DNA from: Nannocystis bainbridge
GTDB taxonomy: Bacteria > Myxococcota_A > Polyangia > Nannocystales > Nannocystaceae
Reading direction: 5' to 3'
DNA: 64,000 nucleotides
Assembly (NCBI RefSeq): GCF_028368995.1
Contig: NZ_JAQNDL010000001.1
Location: 1,792,001-1,856,000 of the forward strand
The translations under genes were made by a program, and so were the position numbers. Shown one piece after another: positions 20,938 through 30,637 of the stretch. The notes below the pieces were generated by a model. That model made no database searches, was not told where the DNA came from, and worked only from the letters and a program-made list of their open reading frames with translations. The first letter of the stretch is position 1; each line of letters begins with the position of its first letter.

Positions 20938-22056
20938 ATGAAGACATTCGGCAAACAGGCAGCAGGCCAGCGGCTCGAGCGGATGCGGGCGTCGCCGCGC
21001 TGGGATGGTCACGCCTTCAAAAATCTGCACCCGGTGCTGCCCGATCTGAAGACTGGCGGCATGCCGGGCATCGGCGAGTTGCTGTGCGGCCCGCGGCGCT
21101 TCCCCGGGGCCCCGCTCCCGTCCGTCGATCCACGCGCCGCCTGGTCGCGGCGGCCGGACACGGGCCTGCGCGCCACCTGGCTCGGTCACTCGACGGTCTT
21201 GCTCGAGATCGGCGGCGTCCGGATCTTGACCGACCCGGTGTGGGGCGAGCGCGCCTCGCCGCTCGGCTTCGCCGGCCCGAAGCGGTTCCAGCCGATCCCC
21301 GTGCCGCTCGCCGCGCTCGCCGACGTCGACCTCGTGCTCATCACCCACGATCATTACGATCACCTCGACTATTCGACGATTCAGGGCCTCGTGCGCGCCG
21401 CGGTGCCGTTCGTCACCAGCCTCGGCGTCGGCGCCCACCTCGAGGCCTGGGGCATCCCCGCTGCGCGGATCACCGAGCTCGATTGGTGGGAGAGCGCGCG
21501 TGTGCCCGGCAGCGACGTCGTCGTCACCGCCACCCCCTCGCAGCATTTCTCCGGTCGCAGCCTCGGCGCGCGCAACACCACCTTGTGGTCCGGCTTCGCC
21601 GTGCGCAGCGATCGCCACGCCCTGTTCTTCAGCGGCGACACTGGCCTGACCACCGAATACAGCGACATCCGCGAGCGCCTCGGCCCCTTCGACCTCGTCA
21701 TGCTCGAGGTCGGCGCCTTTCACCCTGGCTGGGGCGACATCCACCTCGGCCCCGAGCGCGCCCTCGCGGCCCATGAGCTGCTCGGCGGCGGCCTGTTCTT
21801 GCCGGTCCACTGGGGCACCTTCAGCCTCGCCACCCACGCCTGGGACGACCCCGCGGAGCAGCTCGTGGCCCGCGCCCCCCGGCTTGGCGTCCACCTGGCG
21901 ATGCCTCGCCTCGGCGAGCCCTTCGAGCCGGCCCGCGTCGGCGACGTCGAGCCGTGGTGGCGAGCCAGCGCCGCTGGCGAACGCAGCGAGGCCCCCGCGG
22001 ACGCGCCCGAAGTCTCCGCCGAGGACGCCGCCGCGCTGCCCTGGCCCCTCGATTGA
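20938..22056 (+). CDS. MBL-fold metallo-hydrolase (NAPE-PLD/RomA-like)
   Basis: TWLGHSTV, LTDPVW, THDHYDHLD, FSGDTG, PVHWGTF. Confidence 0.9.
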   Translation: MKTFGKQAAGQRLERMRASPRWDGHAFKNLHPVLPDLKTGGMPGIGELLCGPRRFPGAPLPSVDPRAAWSRRPDTGLRATWLGHSTVLLEIGGVRILTDPVWGERASPLGFAGPKRFQPIPVPLAALADVDLVLITHDHYDHLDYSTIQGLVRAAVPFVTSLGVGAHLEAWGIPAARITELDWWESARVPGSDVVVTATPSQHFSGRSLGARNTTLWSGFAVRSDRHALFFSGDTGLTTEYSDIRERLGPFDLVMLEVGAFHPGWGDIHLGPERALAAHELLGGGLFLPVHWGTFSLATHAWDDPAEQLVARAPRLGVHLAMPRLGEPFEPARVGDVEPWWRASAAGERSEAPADAPEVSAEDAAALPWPLD

Positions 22057-22098
22057 GGGCCAAGACCACGACGCGACGGCGCCGGCGATGGCTCATCC

Positions 22099-23568
22099 TC
22101 AGCCCGGCGGCGGCGGCGGCGGCGGCTTGTCGAAGCAGACGCCGATCTCGAGGATCATGTAGAGCAGCACCAACTCCTGCGGGTTCAGCCCCGGGTGATT
22201 GTCGCTCGAGTTCTCGAAGGTGCTGTACATCATCCGGCCGCAGCCGTACTGCCCGGTGATCGCCATCGGCCGGATCATCTGCGGGTTCGAGCAGCTCCCG
22301 CACGGGCCCTCGACCCACGTGTGGTGGCCGACGTCGATGTCCTTGCCCTCCATGTCCTGGACGATGACCGGCGAGATCGTATCGATGCCCGAGTAGTTGA
22401 GCCGCGTCAGGATGCCGGGCAGGTTGTTCAGCGTCGGGTTGCCGCCACCGATGTCCTTGAGCGCCGGCGGCAGCGCCTGCAACCAGGCCAGCATCTCCGG
22501 GTCGACCACCAGGCCGTTGGAGTCGTAGGCCGGCTGGATGTCCGGCATCGCCGGCGCGTGGAACTCCTGGTAATCGGGGAACGGCGCCTCGATGTACTCG
22601 TTCGAGTGGTCGGTCGCGTACCACTTGCCGCCCGCGGCCACGTAGGCCTTCACGTTCTCGCGGCGCGAGTCCGGCACGTTCGGCGCGCCGACCCAGAACT
22701 TCGTCGTCGCGCAGGGCACGAAGATGATGTGGTACTTGTTCATCTCCGTCAGGTTCTCGAGGAACGTCGGCGAGTCGTCGTTCACGAGCGTGAAGCTCTC
22801 GGTCCCCGGGATCAGCGCGCCGGTCCCGTCGACCTGGCCCATGCCGAACTTGGCCAGCACGTTCTTCACCTTGTCCGGATCGGTGTCGTAGACCGCGATG
22901 CGCGGGATCCACATCCCCGCGTCCGGATTCCACTGCCCGGGCAGGTGGGTCTGCTCGACGGGCAGCGCCGTCTCGCCGGGCGCGACCGCCAGATCGATCA
23001 CGCGCAGGAACTGCCCCTTCTGCATCACCAGCTTCTGGTTCGGCCCCGAGACCGCGGGCAGCGAGAAGCTCCCGTCGGGCCCCGTGAAGGTGTTCGGCGT
23101 GTCGCAGGCGAGCTTGACGCACTCGGAGCAGAACACGCCGTCGACCGGCGGCTCCACGGGCCCGTCGGTGACGTAGACCAGCGCCCCGGAGATCGGGAGC
23201 TGCAGGTTCGGCGCGTAGACGGTGCCCGTGAGGTTGGCGTCGGGCGTGAAGCTGCAGCCGTCGGTGTCGATGCCGCCGAGGTCGCCGCCGCCGATGTCGA
23301 ACTTGGGCCCGCCGGGCCCGCCCGTGGTGACCGCTTCGGTGGTGGTGGTGAGCGTGTCCTCGCCGGGGCCGGTCGAGGTCGTCGAGGTGCTCGTCGGGGC
23401 CCCCGTCGAGGTGCCGGTCGAGGTGCCGTCCGACAGCGTGCCCGGCAGCGTGGTCAGGGTCCCCGGGGAGCTCGCCTGCGTCGCGGTCTGCCCGGCGCCG
23501 TCGTCGGAGCAGCCCGAAGCGAGCGCCGAGACCAGCGAGAGCGCCCACCAGGACGTGGCAGCGAACAT
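22099..23568 (-). CDS. Myxobacterial lipoprotein with carboxypeptidase-regulatory-like domain
   Basis: ALASGC lipobox; T-rich linker; LTGTVYAPN..PISGALVYV..C..C..TGPDGSF..QKGQFLR; CGRMMYSTF. Confidence 0.8.
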   Translation of the reverse strand: MFAATSWWALSLVSALASGCSDDGAGQTATQASSPGTLTTLPGTLSDGTSTGTSTGAPTSTSTTSTGPGEDTLTTTTEAVTTGGPGGPKFDIGGGDLGGIDTDGCSFTPDANLTGTVYAPNLQLPISGALVYVTDGPVEPPVDGVFCSECVKLACDTPNTFTGPDGSFSLPAVSGPNQKLVMQKGQFLRVIDLAVAPGETALPVEQTHLPGQWNPDAGMWIPRIAVYDTDPDKVKNVLAKFGMGQVDGTGALIPGTESFTLVNDDSPTFLENLTEMNKYHIIFVPCATTKFWVGAPNVPDSRRENVKAYVAAGGKWYATDHSNEYIEAPFPDYQEFHAPAMPDIQPAYDSNGLVVDPEMLAWLQALPPALKDIGGGNPTLNNLPGILTRLNYSGIDTISPVIVQDMEGKDIDVGHHTWVEGPCGSCSNPQMIRPMAITGQYGCGRMMYSTFENSSDNHPGLNPQELVLLYMILEIGVCFDKPPPPPPPG

Positions 23569-23987
23569 GCGAGGCCGATCGTCGAATCGATGCACCGCAG
23601 CACCTTACACCGGGCTGCGCTTCAGAGTCCAGGGCCCCAACCGCGACGACCTCGCCAGGGCCCGGGGCCGCGGCACCGGGCCCGCGGAGAGAGGTCACGC
23701 TTGCCCGTGCAAGCACGACGCAGATTGCGGCGACCAGGACTCCTCATGGCCTGACCTTTCGGACATGTGACTTCACCGTCAGGCCGCACGCGGGCGCCTC
23801 GCGGCGAGCCGCCGCCCGGGGCCCGATCCAGCATGACCTCGGGGACAGGTTCGGAGCCGCGGTCCCGCGGCACCCGTATCCCGGCAGCTCTCATGGAAGG
23901 CGGCCCGACGAGACGGTCACCGCCACGGGCGGCGCGAGCGCCGGCCCTCGAGGCCAGGTCCCGAGAGCCACGCGCAGCGCCCCGGTC

Positions 23988-24608
23988 TCACTGGGGCGCG
24001 CCCGCGGCGATCCAGTCGTAGATCCGCCGGGCATCGGCGTCTCCCAGACCCGGTGAACCCAGCGGCATCTTCGCCCCGCACATCTCCCCATCATCGAGGG
24101 CGGAAGGTCGGACCCGCAGCCACAGCACGCTCTCCTCCGGCGCGCCAGGGACCACCCGCACGCTCATGCCGCACGACGCCTGCGACGCCGCCGCCCCGAC
24201 CAGGTTGGTGTACGCAGTGGCCTCGTCGAGCAGCTCCGGGTCGTGGGCCATGCCGCCGTGACAATAGTTGGAGAGGCACCCCTGCGCCGCGAAGATCGTC
24301 GCGTGGATCTCGCTGAAGGTCGGCGCCGCCACGCCGGTCTCGCTGGTCTCACTCGCCGTCGTCGAGGACGACGCTTCGGTCGTCCCGCCGTCGCCGCTCG
24401 AATCGCCGGTCGGCGCCCCGGTCTCGCTGGCGTCCTGGCTCGAACCACTGCCGGGCTGCCCGCTGGAGTCGCCGCTGGAGGAGCCCGGCTCCGTCGATCC
24501 GTCGCTCGTCGTCACGGACGGCTCCGGGCCGCCGCAAGCGACGAGCACGGTGAAGGCCAGCGCGCCGGCCCGGCAATGGGCAGAGATCGACAAATGACGG
24601 TAGTGCAT
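23988..24608 (-). CDS. Lipoprotein with cytochrome c-like domain (CX4CH)
   Basis: VLVAC lipobox; PTFSEIHATIF..GCLSNYCHGG..RVVPGAPEESVLW..KMP..IYDWIAAGA. Confidence 0.7.
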   Translation of the reverse strand: MHYRHLSISAHCRAGALAFTVLVACGGPEPSVTTSDGSTEPGSSSGDSSGQPGSGSSQDASETGAPTGDSSGDGGTTEASSSTTASETSETGVAAPTFSEIHATIFAAQGCLSNYCHGGMAHDPELLDEATAYTNLVGAAASQASCGMSVRVVPGAPEESVLWLRVRPSALDDGEMCGAKMPLGSPGLGDADARRIYDWIAAGAPQ

Positions 24609-24689
24609 GGAAGGTGCTCTCACGATCATCGTAGGGGCCGCGCCGGGCGCCGACAATTCGTAAGTTCTTCACACCGCTGTATGGCCGGG

Positions 24690-26975
24690 CTATTCGCCGC
24701 CGACGAGCGCGAGCACGTGGACGCGCCCGCTCTGCTCGCCGACCAGCGCCCCCGCGCCGTCGGGCCGCACCGCCCCGGAGCCGATCTTCGCGTCGCCGAC
24801 GAACCGCGCCAGCAGGCGCCCAGACTCGAGCTCGACCAGCCGCGCGCTGCCGTCGGCGACGATCGACGCCCGCCGCCCGTCCAGCGTCACGCTGAGCGCC
24901 AGCAAGGAGGGCTCGCTGTCGCCGTCGTCGAGCGCGACCGACAGCTCGCGCACGAGCTCCCCGCGGACCACGTCGAACTCGCGCAGCGCCACCCGACCGT
25001 CCTCGACGCACCCCGCCAGCACCCGCTCGTCCGTCGTCTTCACCACCTGCATCTCCCCCTGCTGCGTCGCCGTCAGCACGTGGAGCGGCCGCGCCTCCGG
25101 CAGCGCCAGCACCTGCACGACGCCGCCGTCCACCGCCACCGCCAGCCGCCCCGCGTCCGCCAGCAGCAGCCGGTCGAAGCTCGAAGTCCCGCTCGCCTGG
25201 TGCTCCGCCAGCTTGATCCGCCGCTCGAAGTCCCACACCTGCAGCGACCCGGCCCTGTTCATCCCGAATGTGGTCACCACCACCAGCCGCTCGTCGGGCG
25301 TCAGCTCGAGGCCGGTGACCTGCATCGACGACCCGGCGAACAGCTCCGGCGCCCCGCCGCGCTGCACGTCCCAGATCGCCAGCTCGCGGTTGACCGCGCC
25401 GGTCAGCACGCGCGCCCCGTCGCGCAGCGGCACCAGATGCTTGAACCAGTACTCCTCCTCCATCGCCGTCACCCGCTCGCCGCTCGCGACGTCCCACGAC
25501 CACAGGTGCCCGCGCGACGAAGTCACCACCATGCGCGACCCATCGGGCGTGAAGCACACCGCCGACAGCAGCGCCACGTCGTGGTGGAACGCCCGCACGT
25601 GCGCCCCCGTCGCGACGTCCCACAGGTGCACGATCCCGTCGCTCGAGTGCGTCGCGCAGCGCCACCCGCCCGGCGCCGGCGTCACCTCCGGGCTCCACCC
25701 GCTGTGCCGGGGGAACTCCGGGGCCTGCAGCGCCGCCTCGACGTCCCACACCCGCAGCGAATGATCGCTGCCGCCCGACACCAGCGTGCGCGCGTCGGGC
25801 GAGAACCCGACCGCCGTCACCGATCCCTCGTGCCCGTACAGCGTCGCCCGCGGCGTCCCGTCGGGCGCGAGCAGCCGCACCGTCGACGACGCCGTCGCCA
25901 CCAGCTCCGGCGCCACCGCGACGTCCTCGATCGGCCACACGTGCTCTCCGCCGCGAGCTACCTGCCCCCCCGTCGATGGGTCCCAGCGCACCAGCTCGTC
26001 CTCGGCGCTGTAAAGCCCGCCGTCCGGCCCCTCCCACATGCGATTGGGGAAGTGCTTGTGCCCGACCCCGCTGTCGTTGTTGCGCGACAGCGTCAACCCC
26101 ATCACCTCGCCGCGGTACCCGGAAGACCCGTCGAACAGCGTCGCCACCCGCTCGCCCGTCGTCACGTCCCACACCGCCAGCAAGTTGTCGGTCGACGCCG
26201 CCGCCACCCGCGTCCCGTCCCCCAGCAACGCCAGCGCCGTGATCGCCTTGCGGTGCCCCTCGATCACCCGCACCTGCGCCCCGCTCGCGAGGTCCCACAC
26301 GCGGATCGTCCCATCGTTCGAGCCCGACACCACCTGCCCCGCCGCGTTCGCCAGGGCCCGCCGCACGTACCGCGTGTGCCCGCGCAGCCGGGTGATCAGC
26401 AGCCAGTCGGCCGTGTTCCACACCCCGATCGTGCCATCGTCCGACGCCGTCAGCAGCCGGTCGCCGGCCGGCGTCAGCGCCATCGCGTTGACCGTCGCCT
26501 GATGCCCGAGCAGCTCGCCGAGCAGCTCTCCGGTCGGCAGGTCCCAGCACAGCACGCGCCCGTCCTCGCCGCTCGAGAGCAGCGTGCGACCGTCCGCCGC
26601 CACCAACACCGCGCGCACCTCCTCGGTGTGCCCGATCAGCGTCGCCCGCAGCGGGCTGCGCGGCGGCTCCAGGCTCGCCGCCAGCGGCTTCAACCATGCC
26701 CCCGCGCGCCCCGTGAAGAACTCAGGCGGCAAAGCGCCGCCGAGCCGCCCCGCCAGGTGCGCCGCGAGCTGCCCCGAATCACGCCTCAGCGCGTCCGCCG
26801 AGCGCTCGATCGCATCGGCCAGCAGCGCCTCGCCGACGGCTCGCAGCTCGTTTGCCAGCCCGACCGCCCCGAGCTCGCCGAGCCGCCGCTCGAGCGCCGC
26901 GAGGGTGAGCGGCGCGCCGCGCCCCGCGTCGGTGGAATTGCCTGGTGCGCGCGACCCGTCGGACCCCTGGACCAT
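24690..26975 (-). CDS. WD40-repeat protein with N-terminal APAF-1-like helical segment
   Basis: Many GH...WD repeats; N-terminal SADALRRDSGQLAAHLAGRL..WLKPLAASLEPP; start uncertain (26975 or 27011). Confidence 0.85.
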   Translation of the reverse strand: MVQGSDGSRAPGNSTDAGRGAPLTLAALERRLGELGAVGLANELRAVGEALLADAIERSADALRRDSGQLAAHLAGRLGGALPPEFFTGRAGAWLKPLAASLEPPRSPLRATLIGHTEEVRAVLVAADGRTLLSSGEDGRVLCWDLPTGELLGELLGHQATVNAMALTPAGDRLLTASDDGTIGVWNTADWLLITRLRGHTRYVRRALANAAGQVVSGSNDGTIRVWDLASGAQVRVIEGHRKAITALALLGDGTRVAAASTDNLLAVWDVTTGERVATLFDGSSGYRGEVMGLTLSRNNDSGVGHKHFPNRMWEGPDGGLYSAEDELVRWDPSTGGQVARGGEHVWPIEDVAVAPELVATASSTVRLLAPDGTPRATLYGHEGSVTAVGFSPDARTLVSGGSDHSLRVWDVEAALQAPEFPRHSGWSPEVTPAPGGWRCATHSSDGIVHLWDVATGAHVRAFHHDVALLSAVCFTPDGSRMVVTSSRGHLWSWDVASGERVTAMEEEYWFKHLVPLRDGARVLTGAVNRELAIWDVQRGGAPELFAGSSMQVTGLELTPDERLVVVTTFGMNRAGSLQVWDFERRIKLAEHQASGTSSFDRLLLADAGRLAVAVDGGVVQVLALPEARPLHVLTATQQGEMQVVKTTDERVLAGCVEDGRVALREFDVVRGELVRELSVALDDGDSEPSLLALSVTLDGRRASIVADGSARLVELESGRLLARFVGDAKIGSGAVRPDGAGALVGEQSGRVHVLALVGGE

Positions 26976-27619
26976 CCCACGCTTATCGCGAGCCTTCGCC
27001 GCGCTCGCCACTCAATTGCGACCCTCGGCGATTACGGGACCCGCCCCGGCCCCGGCGAAACACACACGACCCGCCACGGTGCGACAGACTCTGGGCGCAC
27101 CGGACAGCGAAGCAACACAGGTTCGAATGTTCACGGCGATCCTCCTATTTACAGTCGATTACACACGACCAGAACGACAGCGTATTCGGATAGCAGCCGC
27201 ACGCGGGCGGGCTCGGAGGCTCGTCGCAGTAATGCCACCAGGGCTCGACCTTGCGCCCGCGCTCCCCGTGGCCGTGTCCCGGCAGCTCCCGCACCCGTGA
27301 TCGGCGGGGGCATCGTCGTTGCTGCCGTTGCTGCACACGCCGAGGCCCGGGTCGGCCTCGCCGACGGGCGGCGCCTGCCCGATACCTATGCTGAGCGAGT
27401 TGCGCAGGCGGAAGACCTCGCTCCGACCCCACGGCTCAGCTCGCCGCGCTCGCGCCCCGGCCCCGACACGCGCAGCACGTCGATCGCCGCTCCACGCGGC
27501 CGCAGCGGCGCCCGTGAGGCAGGCGCGACTTCGGCCCACGCGAGTCATCACGAAGGATGCGCCCGATCGACGCCACGAAGCAGCGCGCTGCGATCATTCG
27601 ATACACACCGAGCTCGCCG

Positions 27620-28435
27620 ATGCCACGCGCCCTCTCGATCGTGCGGACCTCCGTCGCTGGCCGCTCCACCCGTTACCGGCAGATCGAGCCCACCGCCGGC
27701 GACCGCCCGCTCCTGCTGGTTCACGGCCTCGCCTGCTCCAGCGACGCCTTCTTGCCGACGCTCGAGCACCTCGCCGAAGCTCCGCGCGGCGGCCTCGTGC
27801 TCGCGGCCGACATGCCCGGTTATGGCGAGTCCGAGGGCCCGCGGCAGGCCCTGGGCATGGCCTCCCTGGGCGAGTGGCAGGCTCGCTTCCTCGACGCCGT
27901 CGCGGTCGAGCGCGCCCACGTCGTCGCCAACTCGATGGGCTGTCAGGTCGCGCTCGCCCTGGCCCGGCAATTCCCGGAGCGCGTGGCCTCGCTGACGCTG
28001 ATCGGGCCGACGACCGGCGACCAGTTGGAGTCGCCGCTGCGCTACGCGCTCGGGCTCGTCGCGGACTCCGTGTTCGAATCGGCGGCCTACAACCTCACGC
28101 TGATGCGAATGACGGCCCAGATGGGCGCGCGCCGGTACCTGGCGAGCGCGCGCGAGATGCTGCGCGATCACCCGATCGCGCTCGCGCAATCGGTGCAATG
28201 CCCCGTGCTGGTGCTCCGCGGTCGACGCGACTGGATCATCCCCGACCGGGTGGCCATGCGCCTGGCCGAAGCCTTGCCCCGGGGGCAGTTCTCGCACGTG
28301 TCACGGGTCGCGCACGCGATCCAGTTCGATCGGCCGGTCGAGCTGTGCGAGCGGCTGTCGGCCTTCATCGCCGAGGTCGAGGCTTCGAGCGCGGACCCGG
28401 AGCTCGAGGAGACCGGCAAGACCGGCCACGGCTGA
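27620..28435 (+). CDS. Alpha/beta hydrolase
   Basis: LLVHGL, DMPGYGES, nucleophile ANSMG, PVLVLRGRRD, AHAI; the start may be 27557. Confidence 0.88.
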   Translation: MPRALSIVRTSVAGRSTRYRQIEPTAGDRPLLLVHGLACSSDAFLPTLEHLAEAPRGGLVLAADMPGYGESEGPRQALGMASLGEWQARFLDAVAVERAHVVANSMGCQVALALARQFPERVASLTLIGPTTGDQLESPLRYALGLVADSVFESAAYNLTLMRMTAQMGARRYLASAREMLRDHPIALAQSVQCPVLVLRGRRDWIIPDRVAMRLAEALPRGQFSHVSRVAHAIQFDRPVELCERLSAFIAEVEASSADPELEETGKTGHG

Positions 28436-28699
28436 AACGGCGCCGCGAACGAGGCCGTCACGAGCGTGGACGCGCGTCATGCGCGAGCGTGCGGCGCGGA
28501 GGCTGGCTCGCCGTGACGGTCCTGCTCATTCGGCGAAGCGAAGCTCCCATGAACGACGGGGCCCGGTCCGATTCGCGGCGGATCCACCGCCGCGGCGATG
28601 AGGCTCGCGCCTGCGATGCGCAGGAGGGTCACGACGCGCGCCGCTGTCGCTGGCTCGCCGCGGCTTGACGTCCGCTGCCGCCGGCGGGACAGCTACGGC

Positions 28700-29302
28700 A
28701 TGAAGGACGCACCCTTGCTCGACCTCGTGCTCGCCCGCCGCAGCGCCCCCGTCTTGAACGACCCGGGCCCGACCCATGCCGAGCTCGCGCGCATCCTCGC
28801 GGCCGCGGGCACGGTGCCCGACCACGGCTCGCTGCGCCCCTACCGATTCGTGGTGGTCGAGGGCGAAGGGCGGGCGGCCTTCGGCGACGCGCTGGCCCAG
28901 ACCGCGGCCGAGCGCCGGCCCGACATGCCGGCCACGGGCCTCGAGAAGATCCGCGCCAAGGCCTTCCGCTCGCCGACCCTGATCGCCCTGATCGCCTCGC
29001 CGCGCAACGACAAGATCGAGCGCTGGGAGCAGCACGCCACCGCCGCCTGCGCCGGTTATGCGGTGGTCCTCGCCGCCCACGCGCTCGGCATCGGCGCCAA
29101 CTGGAAGAGCGTGCCGTTCACCCGCGGCGCCGCGCTGACCCGCGTGCTCGGCCTCGAGGCGGGCGAGGACATGTTCGGGTGGATCCACCTCGGCCGCGCC
29201 AGCGACGACACGGCCCCGGCCCCGCGCGCGCCGCTGGTGCTCGCCGATGTCGCCACCGTGCTCGACGGCAGCGGCGCGCGGCGGGCCTTCGACGCCTCGT
29301 GA
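28700..29302 (+). CDS. Nitroreductase family protein (YdjA-like)
   Basis: ARRSAP, VPDHGSLRPYRFVV, AAHALGIGANWKS. Confidence 0.88.
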   Translation: MKDAPLLDLVLARRSAPVLNDPGPTHAELARILAAAGTVPDHGSLRPYRFVVVEGEGRAAFGDALAQTAAERRPDMPATGLEKIRAKAFRSPTLIALIASPRNDKIERWEQHATAACAGYAVVLAAHALGIGANWKSVPFTRGAALTRVLGLEAGEDMFGWIHLGRASDDTAPAPRAPLVLADVATVLDGSGARRAFDAS

Positions 29303-29321
29303 TCGGCGCGCGTCGTCGGGC

Positions 29322-30170
29322 TCAGCGCGGGAAATCGGTCGACACCGACACCGCGCGCCAGGCCGCCAGCTCCTCGGCCACGAACGCGTGCTTCGCCTCG
29401 ATGGCCGCGACCGTATCGCTGCCGAGCGGCAGGCGCAGCGGCGGGTGCTCGGCGCGGGACAGCTCGACCACCGCGCGAGCGAGGCGCACCGGGTCGCCGG
29501 GCTGCTGGAGGCTGACCGACTTCGCCATCGCGCGCACCTTGCCCGCCGTCTCCGCGTAGTCGGCGATGCTCGGATCGGTCTCGACCACCGACTGCGGCTC
29601 GAGGAACTCGGTGCGGAAGTACCCGGGCTCGACGATCGTGACAGCGACCCCGAGCGGCGCCAGCTCGGCGTGCAGCGCCTCCGAGAGGCCCTCGACCGCG
29701 AATTTCGTCGAGCAGTAGACCCCGAAGCCCTGGCCCGATCGGTAGCCGCCGACCGACGACAGGTTGATGACGTGCCCCGAGCGCTGCTTGCGGAGCGTCG
29801 GCAGCACCGCGCGCGTGACCGCCAGCAACCCGAAGACATTGGTCTCGTAGAGCCGCCGCACGTCCTCGCCCGAGGTCTCCTCGACCGCGCCGATCAGCCC
29901 GTAACCCGCGTTGTTGACGAGCACGTCGATGCGCCCGAAGCGAGCCAGCGCCGCCTCGACCGCGGCCGCGACCGACTGCTCGCTCGTCACGTCGAGCGCG
30001 ACGGGCAACAGCGACGCGGAGCTGCCGAGCCGCTCGGTGACTCGCCTGGGGTCCCGCGCGGTCGCCACGACCTCGTCCCCCGCCGCCAGCGCGGCAGCCG
30101 CGATCTCCGCGCCGATGCCCCGCGATGCCCCCGTGATGAACCAAACTTGCTTCGATGGCTTCGTGATCAT
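29322..30170 (-). CDS. Short-chain dehydrogenase/reductase
   Basis: WFITGASRGIG, VNNAGYG, YCSTK, VEPGYFRT. Confidence 0.93.
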   Translation of the reverse strand: MITKPSKQVWFITGASRGIGAEIAAAALAAGDEVVATARDPRRVTERLGSSASLLPVALDVTSEQSVAAAVEAALARFGRIDVLVNNAGYGLIGAVEETSGEDVRRLYETNVFGLLAVTRAVLPTLRKQRSGHVINLSSVGGYRSGQGFGVYCSTKFAVEGLSEALHAELAPLGVAVTIVEPGYFRTEFLEPQSVVETDPSIADYAETAGKVRAMAKSVSLQQPGDPVRLARAVVELSRAEHPPLRLPLGSDTVAAIEAKHAFVAEELAAWRAVSVSTDFPR

Positions 30171-30243
30171 GATGAAGTTCCTTCTGGACGAGGAGACCTT
30201 AGCGCCGGCGATCGTGAAGAGTAACGCGCCCACGATGGAAGGT

Positions 30244-30265
30244 TCGTGAAGCTGGGATTCACAAT
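30244..30265. promoter_or_regulatory. Palindromic LysR-type operator upstream of the SDR
   Basis: GTGAA-N7-TTCAC followed by AAT; extra half-site tcgtgaag at ~30212. Confidence 0.5.
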
Positions 30266-30637
30266 CGAGCCGCGGGTCTTCGCGCTCGCGCGGCGCCGCC
30301 TCGTCGCACGGCTGCCCGTCCACGTTGCGCATCCTGGGCATTGCCCTTGCGCGCCCCTCTTGAGGAAATTTTGCTCTCCTCCGCCCCTTGTCGGCCGCGG
30401 GTCCTGACGCATCATCCATCCACCGCTCCAGCGAGAGCGAGCGCGCCAGGTATCACATACGAGAGAGGAGCTCGGTGCGCGCCCGACGATGATAGGAACC
30501 CCTGCCGAGCGAGCGCCCGGACAGGAGCATCGACATTACGGGCGCGCCGCTGGCTCGGCTCCGCGGGGCCCTGAATGGACCAGACTGGAGCGTTTCATGC
30601 GATTCGCCGCGAGGCTCGCTCTTCGCACAGGGCCGAT

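Noticed and set aside
27011-27560. Possible small ORFs or ncRNA in an AT-richer gap
   Set aside because: No RBS/start with consistent codon bias and no recognisable RNA motif; likely divergent promoters plus debris
24243-27995. Very long alternative-frame ORFs (also the 5' part of 6678..10121, 39839..42919, 10258..12264)
   Set aside because: Arg/Pro-rich or antisense shadows expected in GC-rich DNA, overlapping well-supported genes
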